Below are positions 32,229 through 40,187 of a stretch of DNA of 45,529 bases, piece by piece (position 1 is the stretch's first letter; each line of letters begins with the position of its first letter). The notes under the pieces are model-generated. The model worked only from the letters and a program-made list of their open reading frames with translations, did no database searches and had not been told where the DNA came from. The position numbers and the translations under genes were made by a program. The stretch comes from Chloroflexota bacterium (lineage in GTDB: Bacteria; Chloroflexota; Dehalococcoidia; Tepidiformales; Tepidiformaceae), in contig CAUJEQ010000262.1 of the NCBI GenBank assembly GCA_963169135.1, positions 1 through 45,529 of the forward strand, given 5' to 3'.

Positions 32229-33962
32229 GTGCCCTCCGCCCCCGAGAGCACCTCGCACATGAGTCGACGCGGCGGTCAGCTCCCCTGGGGAGCCGGGAGC
32301 AGCCCTGGCCTGTACGGAGGTCGCCGGCCCGGCGGCGGATACGGGCGGCTTGGCGTGCTCGCCGCGATCGTCATTGGCGTGCTCGTCATCGCCTTCTTCC
32401 TGGTGAGCCGCGCCTGCGGCAGCGCGGCCGGCTGCGACGACCCCTATTGCCCCTCGGACCGCAACATCGCCGCGCCCGAAGGCTACCAGTTCGTTTCGAA
32501 GATCTTCTCCTACAACGAAGAAAGCGGGGCGGTTCAGCCCGGGTTCGACCTTGTCGTCCAGGTCGCCCTTTCGGAGACGGTGGGAGAAGGGCAGTCGCTC
32601 AGTTTCTACCGGTACGTCGAGGAGACAAAGAACTGGGAACCGATCGCGCCGGCCATTCTCGACGCACAAGGGAAAGTGGTCAGCGCGACCTTCACCGACG
32701 TGCCGGCCGTCATGGCAGTCATGCGGCGGAACACACCCGGCGGGAGCGTCGCCGCATACCTTCCCCACAACGCGCAGCTTCACCCCGAGGCGGTGGGCCA
32801 CGTCACCATCGTCCACCCTATCGACTTCTCCCCCGCAGCGGACGGCGCCGTGCAGGGCGAGCTGAGTGCGATCACGAGCGACGGGTCTTTCGAGATCTAC
32901 CCGGTGATCGCCGCAAACGCGAGCTCGCAGGGGGCCGTGGCGATCGTCGAAGGCATCCTCGCCAGCCCGGCCGCCCGCACAAACCATGTGCGGCAGGTGG
33001 TCGCGAAGCTGGCCGAAGTCAACGTGCGCGGAATCGACATTGCCTACCTCGACTTGCCGGCCACCCAGCGCACGTCGTTCTCATTGTTCATCGGGGAGCT
33101 GTACGAGGCGCTGCACGCCCAGAACAAACAGTTGACGCTCACCTTGCCGGCGCCAATCAAGGCCCAGAACCGCATCGACGAGGGTGCGTACGACTGGGCG
33201 GCCCTTTCGAAGACAGCCGACCTCATCAAGATCGCGCCGTTCCGCGACCAGGCGAAGTACCGGCTCGACATGCCGGATGTCGTGGCGTTCCTGGTAGAGC
33301 GCGTGGCCCCGGCAAAGCTCGTGCTCACCGTCTCGCCTTATGCAACGGAGACTGGAGGCGATTCCATTGCGACGTATAAGCTCACCGACGCGATGAACAT
33401 CGCCTCACAGATCGCAATCCGCGCGGACGCCGATTCGATCACCACCTCGACGAACGTGGAGGTCGCGGGGACGAACATCGACCGGGACGAGAACCTCTCC
33501 GGCGTGCGTTGGTTCGCCGAAACGGCGACTGTCGCCTTCAGCTACAAGCAGTCACAGGGCGGCGGAAGCCGGACCGTCTATATCGAGAATTTCTTCAGCA
33601 TCGGATTCAAATTGGAACTCATTTCTACGTACAAGCTCGGCGGAGTCGCGGTCGATGACGCGAGTGACGACCGGTACCTCGGGAACATCTGGAACGCCCT
33701 GGTACCCTTCATCACCAGCGGCCAGCCGATCCTTCTCCGGCCAAACGACACGGACCTCGAACCGAAGTGGGCGGCGAGTGGCGGCACGATCGAGTCAACC
33801 CGCCGCGGGACGGCGAACTGGTTCACGCCTGCGGAACCCGGCACCTACACGATTAGCCTGACCCTGAGCGATGGCGTGGCGGTGTTCGAGAACAGCGTGC
33901 CTGTGAACGTCAAAGCGCGGGACTCGCGCACGCCGGTGGCAACGACCACCCCGGGAAACTAG
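32229..33962 (+). CDS. Membrane-anchored envelope protein with GH18-like domain lacking catalytic residues and a C-terminal Ig/PKD-like domain
   Basis: The TM segment is LGVLAAIVIGVLVIAFFLV. The central region VRGIDIAYLDL...LTLTLPAP...AYDWAAL...DLIKIAPF resembles the GH18 (YaaH/YdhD-type) beta4-beta6 region, but DxDxE reads DIAYL. The C-terminus is GTYTISLTLSDGVAVF. The start is ambiguous (32229 GTG or 32259 ATG). Confidence 0.55.
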   Translation: MPSAPESTSHMSRRGGQLPWGAGSSPGLYGGRRPGGGYGRLGVLAAIVIGVLVIAFFLVSRACGSAAGCDDPYCPSDRNIAAPEGYQFVSKIFSYNEESGAVQPGFDLVVQVALSETVGEGQSLSFYRYVEETKNWEPIAPAILDAQGKVVSATFTDVPAVMAVMRRNTPGGSVAAYLPHNAQLHPEAVGHVTIVHPIDFSPAADGAVQGELSAITSDGSFEIYPVIAANASSQGAVAIVEGILASPAARTNHVRQVVAKLAEVNVRGIDIAYLDLPATQRTSFSLFIGELYEALHAQNKQLTLTLPAPIKAQNRIDEGAYDWAALSKTADLIKIAPFRDQAKYRLDMPDVVAFLVERVAPAKLVLTVSPYATETGGDSIATYKLTDAMNIASQIAIRADADSITTSTNVEVAGTNIDRDENLSGVRWFAETATVAFSYKQSQGGGSRTVYIENFFSIGFKLELISTYKLGGVAVDDASDDRYLGNIWNALVPFITSGQPILLRPNDTDLEPKWAASGGTIESTRRGTANWFTPAEPGTYTISLTLSDGVAVFENSVPVNVKARDSRTPVATTTPGN

Positions 33963-33964
33963 CG

Positions 33965-34531
33965 ATGGCCACGGGGCGAGGCGTGAGGATCGCTGGGGGC
34001 ACGGCCCGCGGAATGCCGCTTGCAGAGCCAAGGGGCGTCCGGCTGCGGCCGACCTCGGGCCTCGTGCGGGAGGCAATCTTCAACATCATCGCGGAACGCG
34101 TGGAAGGCGCCCGCGTGTTGGACCTTTACGCTGGGACCGGCGCACTCGGGATCGAGGCACTCAGCCGGGGAGCCTCGCACGCGACCTTCATCGAAGGCGA
34201 AGCGGCGTGTGTCCAGGCTATCCTCCAGTCGCTCAGCCGTGCGGGCTTTTCCGAAGGCGCCACCGTGATCAGGGGACGGCTGCCGGGAGCCATCTCGAAG
34301 CTGGAACCGGGATCGTTCGACCTCGTGTTCCTGGATCCCCCATACAACGAGGAAGGAGCGGAGGACACGCTGATGGGTGTGCCCCGGTTGCTTGCTCCCG
34401 GTGGCACGGTCGTCTACGAGCACGGAAGCCGCTACAATCCGCCGGAACGCCCGGCAGGCCTTCAAATCCTCGAACGCCGGGTGTATGGCGATAGCGCAGT
34501 CGCGCTCTATGCCGAACTGGAGGGGGAATGA
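33965..34531 (+). CDS. rsmD: 16S rRNA (guanine966-N2)-methyltransferase RsmD
   Basis: Motifs are LRPTSGLVREAIFNII, VLDLYAGTGALGIEALSRGA and VFLDPPY. Confidence 0.9.
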   Translation: MATGRGVRIAGGTARGMPLAEPRGVRLRPTSGLVREAIFNIIAERVEGARVLDLYAGTGALGIEALSRGASHATFIEGEAACVQAILQSLSRAGFSEGATVIRGRLPGAISKLEPGSFDLVFLDPPYNEEGAEDTLMGVPRLLAPGGTVVYEHGSRYNPPERPAGLQILERRVYGDSAVALYAELEGE

Positions 34532-35010
34532 GGATCGCAGTCTTCCCGGGTGGGTTCGACCCGGTAACCAACGGGCACCTGGACCTGGTGACCCGCATGA
34601 CCCATTTGTTCGACCGCGTGATCGTCGCGGTCGTCAAAGGCCGCGATAAGGGTTCGCTGTTCACCTGGGACGAGCGCGTCCAGATGTTCGCCAAGGCGGT
34701 CGAGCATCTCCCCAGCGTTCAGGTAGAAGGCTTCGACGAAATGACTGTCGAGTTCGCCAAGCGGAAAGGAGCCGTCGCCATTGTCCGGGGCATCCGTGCA
34801 GTTAGCGACTTCGAGGCTGAGTTCGACATGGCGTTGATGAACCGGAAGATGGCTCCGCACCTCGAGTCGGTCTACCTGATGGCCAACCAGGAATTCCTCT
34901 ACATCAGCGCAAGCCGGATCCGCGAAGTATCGAAGCTCGGCTATGACGTAGCCGACCTGGTGCCACCGCACGTGAGGACCGCACTGCGCGAACGCCTGGG
35001 TCTGTCGTAG
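34528..35010 (+). CDS. coaD: Phosphopantetheine adenylyltransferase
   Basis: Motifs are MRIAVFPGGFDPVTNGHLDLVTR, IVRGIRAVSDFEAEF and ISASRIRE. The gene overlaps rsmD by 4 nt. Confidence 0.97.
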   Translation: MRIAVFPGGFDPVTNGHLDLVTRMTHLFDRVIVAVVKGRDKGSLFTWDERVQMFAKAVEHLPSVQVEGFDEMTVEFAKRKGAVAIVRGIRAVSDFEAEFDMALMNRKMAPHLESVYLMANQEFLYISASRIREVSKLGYDVADLVPPHVRTALRERLGLS

Positions 35011-35013
35011 GCT

Positions 35014-35547
35014 GTGAGCCCTGACGGGGCACACATGGAGATTCTCGACCTTATCGATGCGCTCGAAGAACTGGTGATCCAGTCCCGAAGGCTGCCTGTC
35101 GGTGGCAACCTTGTTGTCGACCGGAAACGCATGCTCGACGTGATCGACCAGATGCGCCTGGCAGTGCCGGCCGACCTCCGCCACGCACAGCAGATCCTGG
35201 AAGGGCGCGACCAGATCATCGAAGACGCGCATCAATCCGCAAAGCTGGCGATTGATCGCGCGGAACAGGACAGGCAGCGGCTCCTCGAAGAAAACGCCAT
35301 CGTTCGGGAGGCCCAGGATCGCAGTCAGCAGATGCTGATGGACGCAGAGGCCCGCGCGCGCCAGGTGATTGCCGAGGCCGATGCAACCGCCGCTGCCCAT
35401 CTGAGTGAAGCAGCGGAGGCTGCCAGCAAGCAACTCGATGATGCTGACCAATATGCATTCGAAGTCCTCCGACGGCTTGAGAACCAGTTACAGGCGTTCC
35501 TTGATTCGATCAAGATGAGTATTTCGAGCCTGCAGGAAAAGCGTTAG
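35014..35547 (+). CDS. Coiled-coil protein of unknown function
   Basis: The 177-aa ORF lies directly after coaD. It is rich in heptad-like Q/E/A/R sequence and I recognised no enzymatic motif. The start is GTG 35014 or ATG 35035. Confidence 0.6.
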   Translation: MSPDGAHMEILDLIDALEELVIQSRRLPVGGNLVVDRKRMLDVIDQMRLAVPADLRHAQQILEGRDQIIEDAHQSAKLAIDRAEQDRQRLLEENAIVREAQDRSQQMLMDAEARARQVIAEADATAAAHLSEAAEAASKQLDDADQYAFEVLRRLENQLQAFLDSIKMSISSLQEKR

Positions 35548-35675
35548 GCATGGTCACTTTGTACGAACGAGGCACTGGAAAGCGACAGGTTTTCCGCGTA
35601 TCTTTTCTCTAGATCCGCTGTCTCAACGGTTTCCCATGGAGGAATCTTGGGCACGGCAAATGGAGGAACCCAATC

Positions 35676-35930
35676 ATGGCAGAATTCACGGTCATCAAGG
35701 ACTCCGACGCGCCACGGCCGGCCAGGCAAACTGGGCGGCTGGCCGCGCGAATGCGGGAATACGAGAAGTACATCGAAGCAGTCCCCGCGGGAAAGGTCGG
35801 GAAGCTCACCCCCTCCCGCGGAGAAACCGCCCGCGGCATTGCCCTCCGCATCAGTCGCGCAGCCAAGCGCAAGGGAAAGAGCAGCAACACCTGGGTCGTC
35901 GATGGGACGGTCTATTTCAGCCTTTCCTGA
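35676..35930 (+). CDS. Small basic hypothetical protein (84 aa)
   Basis: A GGAGGA RBS lies 8 nt upstream of the ATG. A strong hairpin follows the stop. I recognised no family. Confidence 0.55.
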   Translation: MAEFTVIKDSDAPRPARQTGRLAARMREYEKYIEAVPAGKVGKLTPSRGETARGIALRISRAAKRKGKSSNTWVVDGTVYFSLS

Positions 35931-35957
35931 GCACACCGCTCCAACGCAGAAAATGAC

Positions 35958-35984
35958 CGAGGGGGCGCCAATGGCGCCCCCTCG
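35958..35984. terminator. Bidirectional intrinsic-terminator-like hairpin between convergent genes
   Basis: The sequence is cgagggggcgcc-aat-ggcgccccctcg, a perfect 12-bp GC-rich stem. It lies 28 nt after the + strand stop and 24 nt after the - strand stop, and a short TTG follows. Confidence 0.6.
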
Positions 35985-36007
35985 TTGCGTGTGACTGGTG
36001 GCGAGCT

Positions 36008-36757
36008 CTAATGCCGCTCGCTGGCGGAGCGTTCTTCGCTCGAAACGATGGCGAACGACGGGACCTCACGCCGGCCATTCCGGGGCCCCACCGCCGCAAC
36101 CGGTTCGCGTGGTGCGACCGGCTGCTCGGCAATCGGCCCGGCGGCGGCCGGGACAGCTGCCGGCCTCGAGGGCTCCGGCATCGCGCTCTTCTGGGTGGTG
36201 TCAACCGTCCCGGAGAGCGAGGCGCCTTCTTCGACCACGAGCGTGGTCGCCTTGATCGTGCCCGTCACCACCGCCGTCGCTGCGAGCAAAAGCCTGCCGG
36301 AACACACGATGTCGCCTTCGAGGCGGCCGCGGATCTGGGCGTCGCGGGCCTGGATGCGGGCGCGTGCGGAAGCTTCGCGTTCGATGGTCAGGATGCCGCG
36401 GCAGAGCACCTCGCCGCTGATCGAGCCTTCGACCCTGAGGTCGTGGTCGGTCTCGTACCGCCCATCGAAAGACGAATGGCGGTCAACGAGGCTCTCTGAA
36501 CGAGCTTCGGCGGCAGACGGGTCGTCGCCGCCGGTTTGGGGTGCTGCACCGGGCCTTGCCTGGCGCCGCGCAATTGGTTCGGGCTGGAATTCGCCGTAGT
36601 CGTCGGCCTGCTCGACGCCGAACGACTCGTTCTCGTACCGGGTCACGGAATCCGGATAGCTGACATCTCGGGGAGACTTCTTGAGTTGCACATGCCCTCC
36701 TGGGTCGGGAAGAGGCGCAACCGGCTGCGGGGGCTCGGTTGGCCCGGCTCTTCGCAC
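36008..36757 (-). CDS. Bactofilin-family cytoskeletal protein
   Basis: The beta-helical repeat core is DLRVEGSISGEVLCRGILTIEREASARARIQARDAQIRGRLEGDIVCSGRLLLAATAVVTGTIKATTLVVEEGASLSGTV. The N- and C-terminal tails are low-complexity and Pro-rich. The start codon is uncertain. Confidence 0.85.
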   Translation of the reverse strand: MRRAGPTEPPQPVAPLPDPGGHVQLKKSPRDVSYPDSVTRYENESFGVEQADDYGEFQPEPIARRQARPGAAPQTGGDDPSAAEARSESLVDRHSSFDGRYETDHDLRVEGSISGEVLCRGILTIEREASARARIQARDAQIRGRLEGDIVCSGRLLLAATAVVTGTIKATTLVVEEGASLSGTVDTTQKSAMPEPSRPAAVPAAAGPIAEQPVAPREPVAAVGPRNGRREVPSFAIVSSEERSASERH

Positions 36758-36854
36758 CTTATGCGTGCCTTCACCACCCGTCCACCAACACTTTGTAAAA
36801 CTTCAGACACGCGTAGACCCTGTGTTAACCACAAAACCCGGCACAGCCACACCG

Positions 36855-39305
36855 TCAGACGACGATGTTCACGAGCCTCCCGGGAACGTAGATGACCCGC
36901 CGCGGCTCCTTCCCGCCCAGCCACTCCTGCACCCGGCTCGAAGCGAAAACGGCCGCCCTCGCCGCCCCTTCATCCGCGTCTGCTCGCAGTATGAGGCGGT
37001 CTCGGACCTTCCCGTTCACCTGCACGACCACTTCGATTTCGTCGTCGCGGACGAGACTGGCGTCAGCCTCGGGCCAGCTCGCCAGGTGCACGCTGTAACG
37101 CCCACCGGTGCGCTCCCAGAGCTCCTCGGTGATATGCGGCGCGAGGGGAGCGGTCAACAAAAGCGCCGTTTGCACCGCTTCCCCCCACGCACTCCCGTCG
37201 ACTGCCCCGCCCTCGCGCGCACGTTGCATGGCGCTCGTGTGCTCCATCAGCCGCGAGATCATGGTGTTGAACCGGAAGCCCTCGATGTCAGCGGTCGCGG
37301 CCAGAATGGTCTTGTGCGTGGCTCGCCGCAAGGCGATGGCTGCCGGGTCTTCCGGGGCATCGACGCGGGCCAACGGTTCGACACAGAGCGACCACAGGCG
37401 GTTCAGCCAGCGGACGATGCCAGCCATGCCGGTCGGGTTGTAGGGCCCGCCCTGGTCCCACGGGCCGACGAACATCAGCTGGCAGCGGAAAGCGTCGGCG
37501 CCCCACTGGCTCACCTGTTCGTCGGGCGCGACGACGTTGCCGCGGCTCTTGGACATGCGGTTGCCGTCGGGGCCGAGGATTACGCCCTGGTTGAACAGCC
37601 GGAGCATCGGTTCATCGCCCGAGACCATGCCCATATCGCGGGCCGCCTTCCAGAAGAAGCGGGCATAAAGGAGGTGCATGACAGCGTGTTCCGCGCCTCC
37701 CGTGTATTGATCGACCGGGAGCCACTTTGCGGCTGCCTCCTTGGAAAAGGGCCGCTCTGGATTGTGCGGGTCGATGTAGCGCATCTGGTACCAACTGGAG
37801 CACATGAAGGTGTCCAGCGTGTCGGTCTCGCGCCGGGCCGGTTTTCCGTCGATGGGGCAGGGAACGTTGACCCACTCCTCGATCAGAGTCAAGGGCGACT
37901 GGCCCGTGGGCTCAAACCGAACGTTCTCGGGGAGGGTTACCGGCAAGTCGGATTCGGGCACGGGGACGATGCCATGTTCGGGGCAGTGGACCATCGGGAT
38001 CGGCGCGCCCCAGTAGCGCTGACGCGAGATGAGCCAGTCGCGGAGCCGGTAGGTCACGGTGCCCTCGCCGAAGCCGCGCTCCTGCGCGTACGCAACGACC
38101 TTCGCAACGGCCTCCTCTTCCGGCGTGCCGTCGAACGGGCCGGAGTTAATCATCGAGCCCCCGTGGGGGAAGGCCCGCTCCAACGGCTGCGTTACGTCGA
38201 CGTCGGGGCTGTCGAACACCGGCACGATTGGCAACTCGAACCGCTTGGCGAACTCGAAGTCGCGCTGGTCGTGCGCCGGGACGCCCATGACGGCTCCCGT
38301 GCCGTAGGTGATGAGCACGTAGTCGGCGATCCAGATCGGGATCCGTTCGCCGTGGAACGGGTTGATGGCGTAGGCGCCTGTGAAGACCCCCGTCTTTTCC
38401 TTTTCGGTCGAAAGGCGCTCGATCTCCGTCTGACGGCTGGATTGCTGGCGATAGGCATCCACCGATTCGCGTTGTTCCGGCGTCGTAATCAGGTCGACCA
38501 GGCGGTGTTCCGGCGCCAGCACCATGAAGCTGGCCCCGTAGACCGTGTCGGGCCTGGTCGTGAAGACGGTGATGGGCTCCTCGATACCTGGTACGTCCAC
38601 GCGGAACTGTAACGTGGCGCCCTCGGAACGGCCGATCCAATTCGTTTGCATGGCGCGGATCCGCTCGGGCCACTCAATGCCGTCGAACTTCAACAGCTCC
38701 TCGGCATAGGCGGTGATCTTGAAGAACCACTGGGTGAGGAATCGGCGCTCAACGACATCGTCCGATCGCTCACAGCGGCCGTCGACGACCTGCTCGTTGG
38801 CAAGCACGGTGTGGCAGCCCGGACACCAGTTCGCGGCGGCCTCGGCCCGGTAGGCCAGGCCCTTGTCGTAGAGCTGGAGGAACCACCATTGGGTCCACTT
38901 GTAGTAGTCAGGGTCGCTCGTCACCACTTCGCGGTCCCAGTCGAACCCCGCACCCATCAGGCGGAGTTGGCCACGCATCCGTTCCATGTTCGCCTGCGTC
39001 CACTGCTGCGGGTCGATGCCGCGCTTGATGGCGGCGTTCTCGGCGGGAAGGCCAAACGAGTCGAATCCCATCGGGAACATCACGTTGTAGCCGCGCATGC
39101 GCCGGTAGCGGGCCGCGGCGTCGGAAGGCGCCATCGCGTACCAGTGGCCGGTGTGAAGGTCCCCGGACGGGTACGGGAACATGGTGAGCGCGTACCACTT
39201 GGGCCGCGGGTCATCGTCGCGGGCGGCATAGAGCTGGTCGTCGTGCCAACGCTGGCGCCACTTCGGCTCGATAGCATGCGGGTCGTAACGATCCGTCACG
39301 ATCAT
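36855..39305 (-). CDS. leuS: Leucyl-tRNA synthetase
   Basis: Motifs are YDPHAIEPKWRQRW, the HIGH-type PYPSGDLHTGH, and the KMSKS-type RMSKSRGN. The start is at 39305 or 39329. Confidence 0.97.
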   Translation of the reverse strand: MIVTDRYDPHAIEPKWRQRWHDDQLYAARDDDPRPKWYALTMFPYPSGDLHTGHWYAMAPSDAAARYRRMRGYNVMFPMGFDSFGLPAENAAIKRGIDPQQWTQANMERMRGQLRLMGAGFDWDREVVTSDPDYYKWTQWWFLQLYDKGLAYRAEAAANWCPGCHTVLANEQVVDGRCERSDDVVERRFLTQWFFKITAYAEELLKFDGIEWPERIRAMQTNWIGRSEGATLQFRVDVPGIEEPITVFTTRPDTVYGASFMVLAPEHRLVDLITTPEQRESVDAYRQQSSRQTEIERLSTEKEKTGVFTGAYAINPFHGERIPIWIADYVLITYGTGAVMGVPAHDQRDFEFAKRFELPIVPVFDSPDVDVTQPLERAFPHGGSMINSGPFDGTPEEEAVAKVVAYAQERGFGEGTVTYRLRDWLISRQRYWGAPIPMVHCPEHGIVPVPESDLPVTLPENVRFEPTGQSPLTLIEEWVNVPCPIDGKPARRETDTLDTFMCSSWYQMRYIDPHNPERPFSKEAAAKWLPVDQYTGGAEHAVMHLLYARFFWKAARDMGMVSGDEPMLRLFNQGVILGPDGNRMSKSRGNVVAPDEQVSQWGADAFRCQLMFVGPWDQGGPYNPTGMAGIVRWLNRLWSLCVEPLARVDAPEDPAAIALRRATHKTILAATADIEGFRFNTMISRLMEHTSAMQRAREGGAVDGSAWGEAVQTALLLTAPLAPHITEELWERTGGRYSVHLASWPEADASLVRDDEIEVVVQVNGKVRDRLILRADADEGAARAAVFASSRVQEWLGGKEPRRVIYVPGRLVNIVV

Positions 39306-39586
39306 TCTCCTTACGGGACAAGGCTGCACAGGGGATGGCCCGGCGAGGGCGGGCCAGAAGGGACGCCCCGCCGGCTATGCGCCGCGGGGCGGGGTAAGGA
39401 TGAGAAGCAGTCGCACGTTGTGCATCAGGCTCCCAATCCTACCGCAGGCAGGCAAGACGCGTCACTCCAAAGCGTGCGCGGCAAGCCAACGCGGGACGCT
39501 CCGGCGGAAGGTAGAGCCGAGGCCGATGGCACCCCCGGGCATTCTGATGCCGCCCCATACGCGTCTGTGTACCTTGCCGGCACTGC

Positions 39587-40150
39587 TCATGTCGCTGAGC
39601 GGTAGTGCGCCACGATGAGCGTTTCGAAGTTGCGCGCCTTCGAACAAAGCCGGCAGGTGAGATACCAGACCCAGACGTCGTCCGGTTCGCGTCCGTACTT
39701 CTCACTTGCCTCCTTGCGCGCGCGCGCGACGGCCCGGGGGAGTTCGCCCCAGGGCGCGGGGACCAGCCGTGTGTACGCGATTCCGCCCGGCCGTTCTACA
39801 TCCTTCGCCCCATCCGGGACGTTCTCGACCTCAAGCAGGATTGGGCGGCGGAACTTCCCCGAGCCGATCAGCAGCATGGCGTCTTCGGGCACGGACCCAC
39901 CAGCCTTCGCGGCCTTCTTCCGCAACTCCTCGCGCGAAGAATCGAAGCCAACCGGAACGCCAAGCACCGCGGAGGTGTTCGTCTTCACGAAGGCGATGTC
40001 CGACCAGTCGTTTTCGACGGCGTCCCAGTCCTCGGGGTCGAGCCGCGGGCAGTCGCAGTCCAACGCCGCGGCCGGGGGCTCGCCGGGGACGTCTTCCTTA
40101 CGGACGGGCATGCCCTTTTCGTCAAGGGGTATACGGCGTGGTTCGGTCAT
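39587..40150 (-). CDS. Hypothetical protein with CxC...CxxC cysteines
   Basis: The 187-aa ORF lies in a same-strand gene string. It has LDCDCPRL near the N-terminus and LTCRLCSKA near the C-terminus. I recognised no family with confidence. Confidence 0.6.
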   Translation of the reverse strand: MTEPRRIPLDEKGMPVRKEDVPGEPPAAALDCDCPRLDPEDWDAVENDWSDIAFVKTNTSAVLGVPVGFDSSREELRKKAAKAGGSVPEDAMLLIGSGKFRRPILLEVENVPDGAKDVERPGGIAYTRLVPAPWGELPRAVARARKEASEKYGREPDDVWVWYLTCRLCSKARNFETLIVAHYRSAT

Positions 40151-40187
40151 GCCCAGAGGATACCGAATGGGCCGCCTGATCGGGGAC

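Noticed and set aside
39306-39586. I considered a T-box leader upstream of leuS.
   Set aside because: There is no T-box consensus (AGGGTGGTACCGCG-like) or specifier-loop architecture on the minus strand.
36681-39605. Plus-strand ORFs of 643 aa (36681-38612) and 319 aa (38646-39605) lie opposite leuS.
   Set aside because: leuS (HIGH and KMSKS motifs) occupies the minus strand, and the plus-strand ORFs are high-GC shadow frames.
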